Shown: positions 49,307 to 58,472 of the stretch, piece by piece
Layout of the letters: each line of letters starts with the position of its first letter
How positions within the stretch are numbered: position 1 is the first letter of the stretch
From: a virus
Lineage: Duplodnaviria > Caudoviricetes
Reading direction: 5' to 3' (one strand)
Virus record (IMG/VR): IMGVR_UViG_3300035199_000716
Coordinates: 1-62,311 of that record
Length of the DNA: 62,311 nt
Position numbers and translations under genes: made by a program
The notes under the pieces: model-generated
The model's input: the letters and a program-made list of their open reading frames with translations, nothing else
Database searches by the model: none
Told to the model about the DNA's origin: nothing

Positions 49307-50207
49307 TGATGCCTCTGTTTTCTTCGTACCATTCGTATGCCTTTTTAACACCCTCAGCAAACGGGGTAAATTCAAAATCACCGATCAGGTTTAACAAATA
49401 TTCATTGCTGCCGTCTTTTCTAAATTGGCCGTCCAACTTATCATTAAACTTTATTTGAACATCTTTATCAAGCTGTTGTCTTAATATGTTGATCATTTCT
49501 AATATCGAAAAGTTTTCGTGTGGGCTAACAATTACAGGAACATCGCTATGGTGCTTCTCTAACAATATTGGAATTATTTTTGCTAGATCGTCCACATATA
49601 TTTCTTGTCTTAGCGCCTTGCCTGTTCCCCAAAATTCTAAAATATCTCTGTCGGATGCCTCGTAAAACTTTCTAATCAGTGCCGGTACGAAATGAGAGCT
49701 ATGATAATCAAAGTTGTCTTCAGGGCCATAAATATTAGAGGGACAGAATGTTGAATAGTCAAGCCCATATTGTTCTCTATATGAATTTATTTGAATATAT
49801 AAGGAGCGTTTAGAATACCCATAAGAAAGGTTGGTCTTTTCAGGGGGCCCAGATAAAATATCTTTCTCGGTCAACGGATATTGTTCAGCCACGTTTGGGA
49901 AGGTGCATGTACTTAAGGCAGCCAAAATTCTTTTAACACCGTGAAGATATCCCTGATGAACGATATTTGTGTTCATCATTGTATTCAAGTAGTGAAACTC
50001 AGCCGGTTTTGAATTGTTTGCCTTAATGCCTCCAACTTTGCCGGCCATATGTACGACCGCGTCAGGCTGTAACTCCTGATACATTCTTTTGCAATCTTCG
50101 GTTGAAACCAGATCATAATCTTTTGATGACAGATATATCCAGTCTGGCTTTATCTTTGCTAACCTCTTGCCAACAAAACCGGTGCCGCCCGTGACAACAA
50201 CTTTCAT
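49296..50207 (-). CDS. fcl: GDP-L-fucose synthase (GDP-4-keto-6-deoxymannose epimerase/reductase)
   Basis: [60 protein letters not shown]. Confidence 0.9.
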
Positions 50208-51487
50208 AATTTTGTCTCTCCGTCTTTATGAACGACATGCGGGTACGGCATCGGAAAAAGCAGTTTGCCGCCATTTAAAATGTATTCTTTTTCTCTGGCT
50301 ACAATCTCGCTTTTAAAGTACCATGGCAAGACAAGCATATAACTGGGGTTTAGTTCTCGGGCGTGTTCTTCTGAGATTAACTCTATGTCGGTGCCGAGGG
50401 TTCTTAGCCCAACCTTTTCGGGGTTACGCTCACTTATGTATGGAATAGTCTCTTTTCCAATTCCAAATAATTGCAAAAGCATATTTCCCTTCGTTGAGGC
50501 GCCTAGGCCGAGAACCGTGTTCCCGTTTTTAAGTTCAGCACCAATGGTGTTCTTAATTTTATTTTTTAAGCTTAAAATCTCTTCGTGAAAATCGATGTAT
50601 GTTTCCTTATCAAATAGATTCATTTGCTTTTCAATATCTATTAGTTCTTTAAAACTGTCGGTCTTTTCAATTTTGCGGTCAAGATGTGTGATCATAACAC
50701 GGACGCTTCCGCCGTTAACATCATTTTCAGCAGCATCAAAAATTTCTAATCCATTTTGTTTCATTAGGTAGTTCAATGTATGCAAAGAATAATATTCCAA
50801 ATGCTCATTACAGATATCATAAAAGTTTATATTCTTCAACATTAAGGGCAAGTAACTTAACTGAATACACCACACCCCTTCTTTATGGAGCAGCGACTTA
50901 ACATCAGCTACAAAACTATTTGGATCATCTAGGTCATAAAACATTGCACAAGAAGTGAAAATCTTAACCTTCTTATCTTTTAGTGTATCATTTAATACAT
51001 CTTGTGAAAAATAGTTATTAACAATTTTAATGCTTGGGTCCACACCCTCCCAAGAAATGTTTTGGGCTGGCTCGACCCCGATCCGCATTAAACCAGAAGG
51101 AAAATATCCAATCATTGTGCAATCGTTTGCACCAATATCAACTACAACATCGTTGTCCTCTAAGTGTGCTCTTTCTACAACGTCATCAACAACATTTCTC
51201 AAATCTTTACGCATCGTATCACTTACAGAAGAGCGATAAAAATATTCACGATACAAGTAATCAGGTTCTACGGTTTCCTTAAGCTGCAGCAATCCGCATG
51301 CATCGGCATTGTTACTTCTGTCACACAGTACAAGGGTTTGTGGTACTCGTATATCTGCTAGTGGATTATTTTCGTTGGTCTCAACAAATGTAGGTGATAA
51401 GTGTTGCTCTTCGATGCTCACCACCGCGGTTAAATCTGCTGAGCCACATACTCTACAATGTTGAATGTTCTTATACACTTTCGTCAT
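50204..51487 (-). CDS. NDP-hexose C-methyltransferase-like SAM methyltransferase (Zn-binding N-domain)
   Basis: CRVCG...C..CGLLQL, YFYRS, VDIGANDC, FYDICNEHLEYYS, NGGSVR, GASTKGNMLLQ, LVLPWYF. Confidence 0.85.
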   Translation of the reverse strand: MTKVYKNIQHCRVCGSADLTAVVSIEEQHLSPTFVETNENNPLADIRVPQTLVLCDRSNNADACGLLQLKETVEPDYLYREYFYRSSVSDTMRKDLRNVVDDVVERAHLEDNDVVVDIGANDCTMIGYFPSGLMRIGVEPAQNISWEGVDPSIKIVNNYFSQDVLNDTLKDKKVKIFTSCAMFYDLDDPNSFVADVKSLLHKEGVWCIQLSYLPLMLKNINFYDICNEHLEYYSLHTLNYLMKQNGLEIFDAAENDVNGGSVRVMITHLDRKIEKTDSFKELIDIEKQMNLFDKETYIDFHEEILSLKNKIKNTIGAELKNGNTVLGLGASTKGNMLLQLFGIGKETIPYISERNPEKVGLRTLGTDIELISEEHARELNPSYMLVLPWYFKSEIVAREKEYILNGGKLLFPMPYPHVVHKDGETKL

Positions 51488-51838
51488 TTAGTCCCCTTTT
51501 AAAATCCTGTAACTGTCGCTATCAAAATGTTGTGTTGAAAACTCATACAATTCGGAGTTTTCTAAAGCAACCATTTGATGTCTAAGTCCTCGATATACAT
51601 GAAAATTTTCTCCAGGGCTCAACACTTTCTGTTTGGCCTCTGATATATCGTCTCCGTCTGAATAATATACCATCATTTTCCCTGATTGTAAATAAAAAAC
51701 TTCGTCTTTAAGCACATGATAGTGCCACGAACATCGTTTACCTGCGTCAAAGTACAACAGTTTACCACAATACTCAGGCTTGTTTACAATCCACCTTTCG
51801 TGTCCCCACCCTTTTTCTACAAATTTTATTTCACTCAC
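51488..51838 (-). CDS. cupin-domain protein (mannose-6-phosphate isomerase C-terminal-like)
   Basis: VEKGWGHE, YCGKLL, SWHYH..KDEVFY..SG, RHQM, EFSTQHFDSDSYR. Confidence 0.85.
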   Translation of the reverse strand: MSEIKFVEKGWGHERWIVNKPEYCGKLLYFDAGKRCSWHYHVLKDEVFYLQSGKMMVYYSDGDDISEAKQKVLSPGENFHVYRGLRHQMVALENSELYEFSTQHFDSDSYRILKGD

Positions 51839-51839
51839 T

Positions 51840-52535
51840 TTAAAGCCCCTTTGCTAGCCACCCGCCATCTACATAAATGTCTTGACCGGTAATATATGCG
51901 GACGCCGATGATAATAAAAATATGACGGTACCTACCAAATCTTCTGGCACTCCCCATCTTCCTAAAATTGTTTTTTCTTCTATTTTCTTTCTGTTTTTTG
52001 ACCAACCCTTTTTTGTCATATTGGTTCGTATGTAGCCCGGGCCAACATTGTTGACCCTTATATCGTATCTCCCCAAATCTAATGCGAGAGATTTGGTCAA
52101 CTGTTTTAAACCGCCCTTGGAAGCGACATATGCTGGGTTGTCAGGAAACGCTAGTTCAGCATTTATGCTAGTTATATTAACTATAGAGCCGCCCGTATTT
52201 TGCATTTTTTGTGCGACAAGTTTTGATAGCCGATAGGGCGCCTTAAGATTGACTTTGTATGTTTTCTCCCAATCGTCATCTGAGTAATCGAAAACATGGT
52301 TGCCGCAGGTTACACCAGCACAGTTTACTAAGCCATGTATTTCGCCGCTATGTGACAGCGCGTCAGTCACTATGCTATCTAAATGTTCCGTGTTCGTGAT
52401 ATCATATCTGGGTAGATCCACTCGGATGACTATCGCGCCTGCTGATGATAAGCCAAATGCAATTGCCGAGCCAATACCTCCATCGGATCCCGTAACTATT
52501 ATTATCTTGTCTTTTACCGAAAATAGCTCTGTCAC
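51840..52535 (-). CDS. short-chain dehydrogenase/reductase (gluconate 5-dehydrogenase/KduD-like)
   Basis: IVTGSDGGIG, LVNCAG, NITSI, YVASKGG (YxxxK), VNNVGPGYIRT, YITGQDIYVDGG. Confidence 0.9.
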   Translation of the reverse strand: MTELFSVKDKIIIVTGSDGGIGSAIAFGLSSAGAIVIRVDLPRYDITNTEHLDSIVTDALSHSGEIHGLVNCAGVTCGNHVFDYSDDDWEKTYKVNLKAPYRLSKLVAQKMQNTGGSIVNITSINAELAFPDNPAYVASKGGLKQLTKSLALDLGRYDIRVNNVGPGYIRTNMTKKGWSKNRKKIEEKTILGRWGVPEDLVGTVIFLLSSASAYITGQDIYVDGGWLAKGL

Positions 52536-52969
52536 TTAACCTCCTCTACTATCTCTATTAGAGTTCCATCGTAGTCCCTACAAAAGCACACTTTAGCGCC
52601 CCCGTCGGGTGAAAGTTGTGGCTCACAGTTGAACTTTAATCCGAGAGCACCCAACTCTTTATAAGCCTTGTCAACATCACTCACTGTTACAGCCAAGTGT
52701 GAGCAGCCTATTTTTATTATTTTGTTCAAAGAGTTTTCTTCATTTTCTTCTGGGTGTGAATGATATTGCAACAACTCGATCATTCCTCCTAGCTTATCCT
52801 TCATCTTAACAGTTCGAACTTTAATATCTTCTATACCAGACAGGTTGTCTATAAAGGGGCCAGTTTCTATTTGATCCCAAACCACCTCAAGTCCGAAGTG
52901 CTTTTGATATAGTTCAAGTGACCGGTCCATGTCAGTAACAGTAACTCCGATATGTCTCAAGCTAACCAT
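52532..52969 (-). CDS. VOC/glyoxalase family protein
   Basis: RHIGVTVTDMDRS, IELLQY, SHLAVTVSDVD, RDYDGTLIEIVE. Start at ATG 52969 with GGAG SD. Confidence 0.88.
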   Translation of the reverse strand: MVSLRHIGVTVTDMDRSLELYQKHFGLEVVWDQIETGPFIDNLSGIEDIKVRTVKMKDKLGGMIELLQYHSHPEENEENSLNKIIKIGCSHLAVTVSDVDKAYKELGALGLKFNCEPQLSPDGGAKVCFCRDYDGTLIEIVEEVK

Positions 52970-53924
52970 TCTTAACTCCACTAAATATCAGAGCGCCACC
53001 GGCCATATTTTCGTTAATAAGCTGTTCATATTCAAGCTCTACTTTTTTATAAAAATTATTTATTTTATCAGACAAAGAGTCGTTATTTTTTATGACATCG
53101 CCAACAAAAGCCTTTTCGGCTGAACCCATGGGCTTGTTATTCTGATGCCAAAAAACATGATTAAAAAAGGAGTAGTCTAAGAAACTTTTTACATGACCGT
53201 CGAAACCGGACAACCCACAAAGGTCCAATATCGACTTTGATGTAAAGTAATTAATATGTGCCTTATGATAATAAAAGCTCTTATACTGATTGCACTGATA
53301 GTTAGTCAGCAAAACATCGTTGTGGTTTGGTACCGCTATTACAAGTCTGCCACCTGGCTTTAACAAGCTATAGCTTTTTTTTAAAAACTGACCCGGTGAT
53401 GGCACGTGCTCAACTACATCAAACGCCACAATGATGTCATAAAAGTTTTCCTCTAATTGTACCTTATCGAAAGCCGAGTTGAATACTTTGGTATCTGGGC
53501 AGTTGCTCTCGACAAACTGTGCATCTTCTTTGTTTGGCTCTACAACGTGATATTCGTTTACGCCGAACTCGCTCGCCTTGGACGCTATCCCACCAAAAGA
53601 ACCGCCAATTTCTAAACACTTGCTATCTTTAGTTAAGAACTCTTTGAATAACTCGAACTGTCTGGCGTTCAAAGAATCGTATAGCCTTAAGTGTTGCTCG
53701 CATTCTTGCTTTTTGCCATCGCTGTTGGAGCTAAACTCTTGCCGGTATTGCTGTTCATAAAAATTTTCATCTACCCAAACACTTTCGTCTAGCACTCCGT
53801 GGCCCGATGGTTCGTGAACCCAAAAGTTTACGTGTCGGCCATCTCTTAATACTATTTGCTTTTGATAGAAGTCTTTGGAATCATACTCACTAAATCCAAT
53901 TTTATTTAAGGTTAACTCATCCAT
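52962..53924 (-). CDS. class I SAM-dependent methyltransferase
   Basis: CLEIGGSFG, VEPN, YDIIVAFDVVEHVPSP, LLKPGGRLVIAVPN, AHINYFT. Confidence 0.88.
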   Translation of the reverse strand: MDELTLNKIGFSEYDSKDFYQKQIVLRDGRHVNFWVHEPSGHGVLDESVWVDENFYEQQYRQEFSSNSDGKKQECEQHLRLYDSLNARQFELFKEFLTKDSKCLEIGGSFGGIASKASEFGVNEYHVVEPNKEDAQFVESNCPDTKVFNSAFDKVQLEENFYDIIVAFDVVEHVPSPGQFLKKSYSLLKPGGRLVIAVPNHNDVLLTNYQCNQYKSFYYHKAHINYFTSKSILDLCGLSGFDGHVKSFLDYSFFNHVFWHQNNKPMGSAEKAFVGDVIKNNDSLSDKINNFYKKVELEYEQLINENMAGGALIFSGVKNG

Positions 53925-55164
53925 TATAGCTCCTTATCGCATTCCTTATAACTTCCATAGACTCTACAATCGCAGACTCTGAAATAGTAAGGGGAGGGCC
54001 TAACTTAACAGATTCTCTTTTTGTCCAAACTGTAAGCACTCCCTCTTTTACGCATTTATCTGTGACATAGTTCCCCATGTCGCTGTCTTTCACAATTATA
54101 GCGGATACCATTCCTCTTACATTTACTGTTTCTACACCTTCTTCTTTCTCTAGTTCTTTATTCAGTTTTTCAAACAGTCGTGCACGGCGCTTGAAGTCTT
54201 CTTGAAAGGATTCATCGGTTAAGAACTCAAGGTTTGCCAAACCAGCGGCACAACACAAAGAGTTTCCAGCATGTGTGCTGCTCAAATTAGCTTTTATATC
54301 AATATCAATTATGTCTCTGGTGCTCAGTACCGCCGAAAGCGGAAGCGAGGACGTTAAGCCCTTACCGACTGTGATGATATCAGGCTCATAATCTCCGTAA
54401 GTCATGTATCCATACAGCGTACCCATTCTATAAAAGCCTGATTGTACCTCATCGAAGCAAAACAAAATATTGTTTTGCTTTGCTATCTTGTATAACTTGT
54501 CAATATATTTTTGAGGATAGAATAAAGCTCCCCACCCTTGGTAGGTTTCTAAGAAAAACGCAGCAATCTCATCTAATGGTGGAAGCTTATCGATATCCAA
54601 CTCTTCACCATCTTTGGGAAAAGACAAAAAACAGATATCATCATCCACCACATTGCTCCAAGCAGTGCTCGTAGGTGTTCCACCTATCAGATCTGAACCA
54701 AGTACACGGCCATGATAGCTGCCCTCAAAAGTGATAATGTACTTTTTGTTGTTTTTCTTGGCCCATAATTTTATCAAACGATAGGCCGCATCAGTTGCTT
54801 CACTTCCAGAGTTCAATAATACGGCTTTCTCAAAGTGAGATGGCGAAATTTGTAACAGTTTTTCAAGAAATTCGACCCTTATGTCTGTGTTATATTGATA
54901 ACCGAAGGTTAAATCTGCATCAACTTGGTCTTTTATGGCCTGATTAATTTTAGGATTGGAGTGGCCAGCATTGGTAACAAAGATACCAGAGGTCATATCA
55001 ATCCATTTGTTGCCCTGGTCGTCATATACAGAAAAGTCTTTTGCCTTGTGCCACTTTACTGGCATCTCACATATCGAATTTGGTTCATATTTGTGCTTTA
55101 CTTCTCTGTAATCTTCCACGTTAAGCTCAAAATTGGTGGTATTTCTGTGTTTTGTTTTAGCCAT
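53917..55164 (-). CDS. class III PLP-dependent aminotransferase
   Basis: IDMTSGIFVTNAGHSNP, NSGSEATD, FEGSYHGR, FDEVQSGFYRMG, PDIITVGKGL (PLP Lys), STHAGN. Confidence 0.92.
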   Translation of the reverse strand: MAKTKHRNTTNFELNVEDYREVKHKYEPNSICEMPVKWHKAKDFSVYDDQGNKWIDMTSGIFVTNAGHSNPKINQAIKDQVDADLTFGYQYNTDIRVEFLEKLLQISPSHFEKAVLLNSGSEATDAAYRLIKLWAKKNNKKYIITFEGSYHGRVLGSDLIGGTPTSTAWSNVVDDDICFLSFPKDGEELDIDKLPPLDEIAAFFLETYQGWGALFYPQKYIDKLYKIAKQNNILFCFDEVQSGFYRMGTLYGYMTYGDYEPDIITVGKGLTSSLPLSAVLSTRDIIDIDIKANLSSTHAGNSLCCAAGLANLEFLTDESFQEDFKRRARLFEKLNKELEKEEGVETVNVRGMVSAIIVKDSDMGNYVTDKCVKEGVLTVWTKRESVKLGPPLTISESAIVESMEVIRNAIRSYNG

Positions 55165-55846
55165 AAATTGCCTCTATTATTTTAAAATCGTCTATTGTAT
55201 CCACCTCGTGGACAAAAGGGGTGATGAATGCCAACATTTTGGCGCCATGAAGTGCCAGGTCTTGCATAAAATGCTTTGGTCTGATAATATCTATGCAGCC
55301 GTTTGGTTGATATGTTTTTGGCAGTTGTTGGCGCGGCCAGTTATAGTAATCTCCCTCATATTCATTATTAAACAGCCCTTCCCAGTATTCGCCAGCCTTC
55401 TTAAAAGACTTATATGCCGTCTCAGATGCTTCATGCGCAGAACGAAGGCCTGTGCATTTGGGGTTGTTTATGAAATACTTGGCCGCTTGATCAATTGTGT
55501 GTGGTTGGACCATAGGTGTTGTTGCTCTTAGGTGTATTATATCACCATAATCGTCTAGATATTCTACGGCATGCCGCATAACATCAATGTCTAATGCGGT
55601 ATCGGTCGCATATTTTGTTGGTCTTTGAATTATTTTTGCCCCATATCTTTTTGCTGTATCTGCTATTTCTTGATCATCTGTTGAAACATATATCTCTGAT
55701 ACATACGCTGACTTTTGGGCTGCTAGTATGGGGTAAGCAATCAGTGGCAAACCATTCAATACACGGACATTCTTTCTTGGAACGCCTTTGCTCCCGCCGC
55801 GGGCGGGAATAATTACTTTAAATTTCTTATCATCTGTTTTTTTCAT
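55157..55846 (-). CDS. neuA: acylneuraminate/nonulosonate cytidylyltransferase
   Basis: IIPARGGSKGVPRKN, VSTDD, RP, LRATTP, RQQLP..YQPNG, EVDTIDDF. Confidence 0.92.
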   Translation of the reverse strand: MKKTDDKKFKVIIPARGGSKGVPRKNVRVLNGLPLIAYPILAAQKSAYVSEIYVSTDDQEIADTAKRYGAKIIQRPTKYATDTALDIDVMRHAVEYLDDYGDIIHLRATTPMVQPHTIDQAAKYFINNPKCTGLRSAHEASETAYKSFKKAGEYWEGLFNNEYEGDYYNWPRQQLPKTYQPNGCIDIIRPKHFMQDLALHGAKMLAFITPFVHEVDTIDDFKIIEAIYG

Positions 55847-55853
55847 ATTACTG

Positions 55854-56687
55854 CTATAGAATGTCAGATACGGCTCTTAGCTTTTTCGCAATTGGCAATT
55901 CAGTTTCATAAACTCTCTTAACTCCGTCACCCAGCATATTTTCCATGTTTCTTACACCATCCAGAAGGGCACAATAATTTTCAATAGAAGCCACTTGATC
56001 AGAACCATACATGGTACGATCCTTGGTGATATGGAATTCTACGCACTCAGCGCCCAATGCCACTGCTCCCACACATGCATCATGGCCATTGTAATGGTTA
56101 GAAAAGCCAATTTTGGTTTGTGGGTACTTTTCTTTTAGTGTCATGATATGCCTCAGATTGACTTCCTCGGGGGCAGTCGGATAAGTGCTGGTACACGCCA
56201 AAATGTATTCAACGTTAGTAAGCAAGCTTGCTGCAGCATCTATTTGCTCTGCTGAACACATTCCCGTTGATAGGATTACTGGCTTCTTTGTTTCGTTAAG
56301 TCGCTTTAAGAATGTCTTATTGGTTGTCAGAGCAGAAGCAACTTTGTGATAATCGACCTCTATATGTTTCTCGATTAAATCAACGCTCTTTACATCCCAG
56401 CAAGAAACAATGAAACCCATTTTCATCTTTTTTGTGAACCTGTGGAGTTCTTTATATTGTTCGATACTGAACTCGATTCCTTCCTTTTGTTCTCTGTTTG
56501 TGGTACCCCAAGGACTCTCTCGGGGTCGGTCGAGGTCCTCTTTACTATAAACCTCATCGATTGTTCTTTTTTGAAACTTGACGGCGTCACATCCAGACTT
56601 GTATGCTCCTACGATCAATTCTTTTGCCAAGTTAATATCACCATTATGGTTGATACCTATTTCGGCGATCACATATGTTTTACCCAT
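55854..56687 (-). CDS. neuB: N-acetylneuraminate/nonulosonate synthase (no C-terminal SAF domain)
   Basis: IAEIGINHNGD, DAVKFQKR, KVASA, ILSTGM, CTSTYP, GFSNH, EFHIT; 277 aa. Confidence 0.93.
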   Translation of the reverse strand: MGKTYVIAEIGINHNGDINLAKELIVGAYKSGCDAVKFQKRTIDEVYSKEDLDRPRESPWGTTNREQKEGIEFSIEQYKELHRFTKKMKMGFIVSCWDVKSVDLIEKHIEVDYHKVASALTTNKTFLKRLNETKKPVILSTGMCSAEQIDAAASLLTNVEYILACTSTYPTAPEEVNLRHIMTLKEKYPQTKIGFSNHYNGHDACVGAVALGAECVEFHITKDRTMYGSDQVASIENYCALLDGVRNMENMLGDGVKRVYETELPIAKKLRAVSDIL

Positions 56688-56695
56688 TTTATCTC

Positions 56696-57517
56696 CTATG
56701 CTAATATTTCTGGTAAGCCATTTACTTCATGAGACAAGTTGTTTATTCTAATAGACCTAGAATTTGCAATTGTACATAAGTATCTTAAATCACTAATAAT
56801 TTGTCGGCGCTCGCGAGGATCGTCAAAGGCATCTATTCCTGACTTAGAGTGGTCCTCCGCTATTACCTCATCCTTGTAGCCCGCATGCGTCATGCCGGTA
56901 CTTTCCAGGGACTTTTTATATGACATGTCAAACCCTGCAATATCTACAGTGCTACACCCCAACCACAAGGCAAACGCAATCATGTGATTAGTGATCGTGT
57001 TACAGTGGGTGTAAATTTTGTTACATTCATATTTTGTGGCTAGCATATTTTGAAATATTCTATGCTCCCATTGCCACGATAATACTAAATCCATTTTATC
57101 TTTTTCTTTAGCAATCTCTAATAGCTGCACGAATTCACCCTTTCTCGGAATTGTAACAAAGGTGTTGATGCCTTTATCTAAACAAATCTCAAAGGGCGTC
57201 TTTAAATGATCATAAGAATTGGCTGCGCACCAAAAATCTGGCGCGAAGTCATCGAAAAAATCTGCTATCTTATGAAAGTCATTACATGTAATCTTTACGT
57301 GTGAGCGATATTTTTCTTTATCAATGTCTAAAAGAGTTGGGCCATGGCCCATGACAATGGCCGGCCGATCTTTATATTTGTCTTTTAAAGACAGGATTCT
57401 CTCGAATCCCTCTAACATGTTCTTTCGAAAAGTTTCTTCGTCTGTTATGAGGGGTTCTATGTTGTCGACCACTGTTTTTAGTGTAACGCTTTTAATAAAT
57501 TTTCTAATAGCTTCCAT
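56696..57517 (-). CDS. DUF115/Maf-like (sialyltransferase-type fold) putative nonulosonate transferase
   Basis: LKDKYKDRPAIVMGHGPTL, ITCND, PDFWC, MIAFALWLGCSTVDIAGFDM, IRINNLS; adjacent to neuB/neuA. Confidence 0.7.
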   Translation of the reverse strand: MEAIRKFIKSVTLKTVVDNIEPLITDEETFRKNMLEGFERILSLKDKYKDRPAIVMGHGPTLLDIDKEKYRSHVKITCNDFHKIADFFDDFAPDFWCAANSYDHLKTPFEICLDKGINTFVTIPRKGEFVQLLEIAKEKDKMDLVLSWQWEHRIFQNMLATKYECNKIYTHCNTITNHMIAFALWLGCSTVDIAGFDMSYKKSLESTGMTHAGYKDEVIAEDHSKSGIDAFDDPRERRQIISDLRYLCTIANSRSIRINNLSHEVNGLPEILA

Positions 57518-57520
57518 AAC

Positions 57521-58471
57521 TTACCAAATGAATTTATCTTTGTAATATTGTACAATAGGTGCCATCTCATTGTCAAACACTTTTTGTGGTTTCCAACCTA
57601 AAGCTCGTAATTTGTTATCATTCAATGCGTAACGCACATCTTGGCCTTCTCGTTGGGCATTGAGGTCTACATGCTGTTCCCAATCATCAAGAGTACCGTA
57701 AAAGGCTTTGATAATTTTCTTAACAGTCTCAATGTTTGCCTGCTCAAAGCCGCCGGCAACATTATAAATTTCATTTACTTTTCCAGATTCAATTATTGCT
57801 ATAACAGCTTCAGCAGTATCGGCGGCGTGCAACCAGTTGCGTATTGGCGTGCCTTGGTTGTGAAGATGAATCTTCTTTCCTCTCATGAGGTTTTTAACAG
57901 CCAATGGAATTAGCTTTTCCGGGTATTGGCCAATTCCGTAGTTGTTGGTTGGTCGTAAAATAACATACTTAATATCGTATGTTCTAGCCCATGCGTTGAT
58001 CAACATATCACCAGCCGCTTTTGCAGCCGAATATGGATTGCTGGGCTTGAGCAAGTCTTTCTCTGTGTGGGCTCCAGAATCTATATCTCCATATACCTCA
58101 TCTGTGCTTACATGGAAAAACACAGGCCTTTCATTACAGTTTATTGGCTTAAACCTAACAAGATCCAACAAGTTCTTAACGCCTAATATGTTACTATCAA
58201 TAAAGTCATCGCTGTTGATAATGCTATTTCCAACATGTGACTCGGCCGCAAAATTAATTACGTAGTCGCAGTCATATAGCTTCTTAAGGTTTCTAATATC
58301 TTTTCTCTCAAAAGTAAAGTTGGGGTGCTGATTGAACTCATCCAATAATTTTATGTTTGCCGCATACGTTACTTTATCTACACCACGAACGATCCACCCT
58401 TTCTTGAGAGCCAGTCTGGTGGCATATGCCCCCATAAAGCCGAGGCAACCTGTGATATATACTATTTTCAT
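57521..58471 (-). CDS. rfbB: dTDP-glucose 4,6-dehydratase-like NAD-dependent epimerase/dehydratase
   Basis: ITGCLGFMG, DKVTYAAN, NFAAESHV, VSTDEVYGD, PSNPYSAAKA, NNYG..QYPEKLIP, REGQDVRYA. Confidence 0.9.
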   Translation of the reverse strand: MKIVYITGCLGFMGAYATRLALKKGWIVRGVDKVTYAANIKLLDEFNQHPNFTFERKDIRNLKKLYDCDYVINFAAESHVGNSIINSDDFIDSNILGVKNLLDLVRFKPINCNERPVFFHVSTDEVYGDIDSGAHTEKDLLKPSNPYSAAKAAGDMLINAWARTYDIKYVILRPTNNYGIGQYPEKLIPLAVKNLMRGKKIHLHNQGTPIRNWLHAADTAEAVIAIIESGKVNEIYNVAGGFEQANIETVKKIIKAFYGTLDDWEQHVDLNAQREGQDVRYALNDNKLRALGWKPQKVFDNEMAPIVQYYKDKFIW

Positions 58472-58472
58472 T

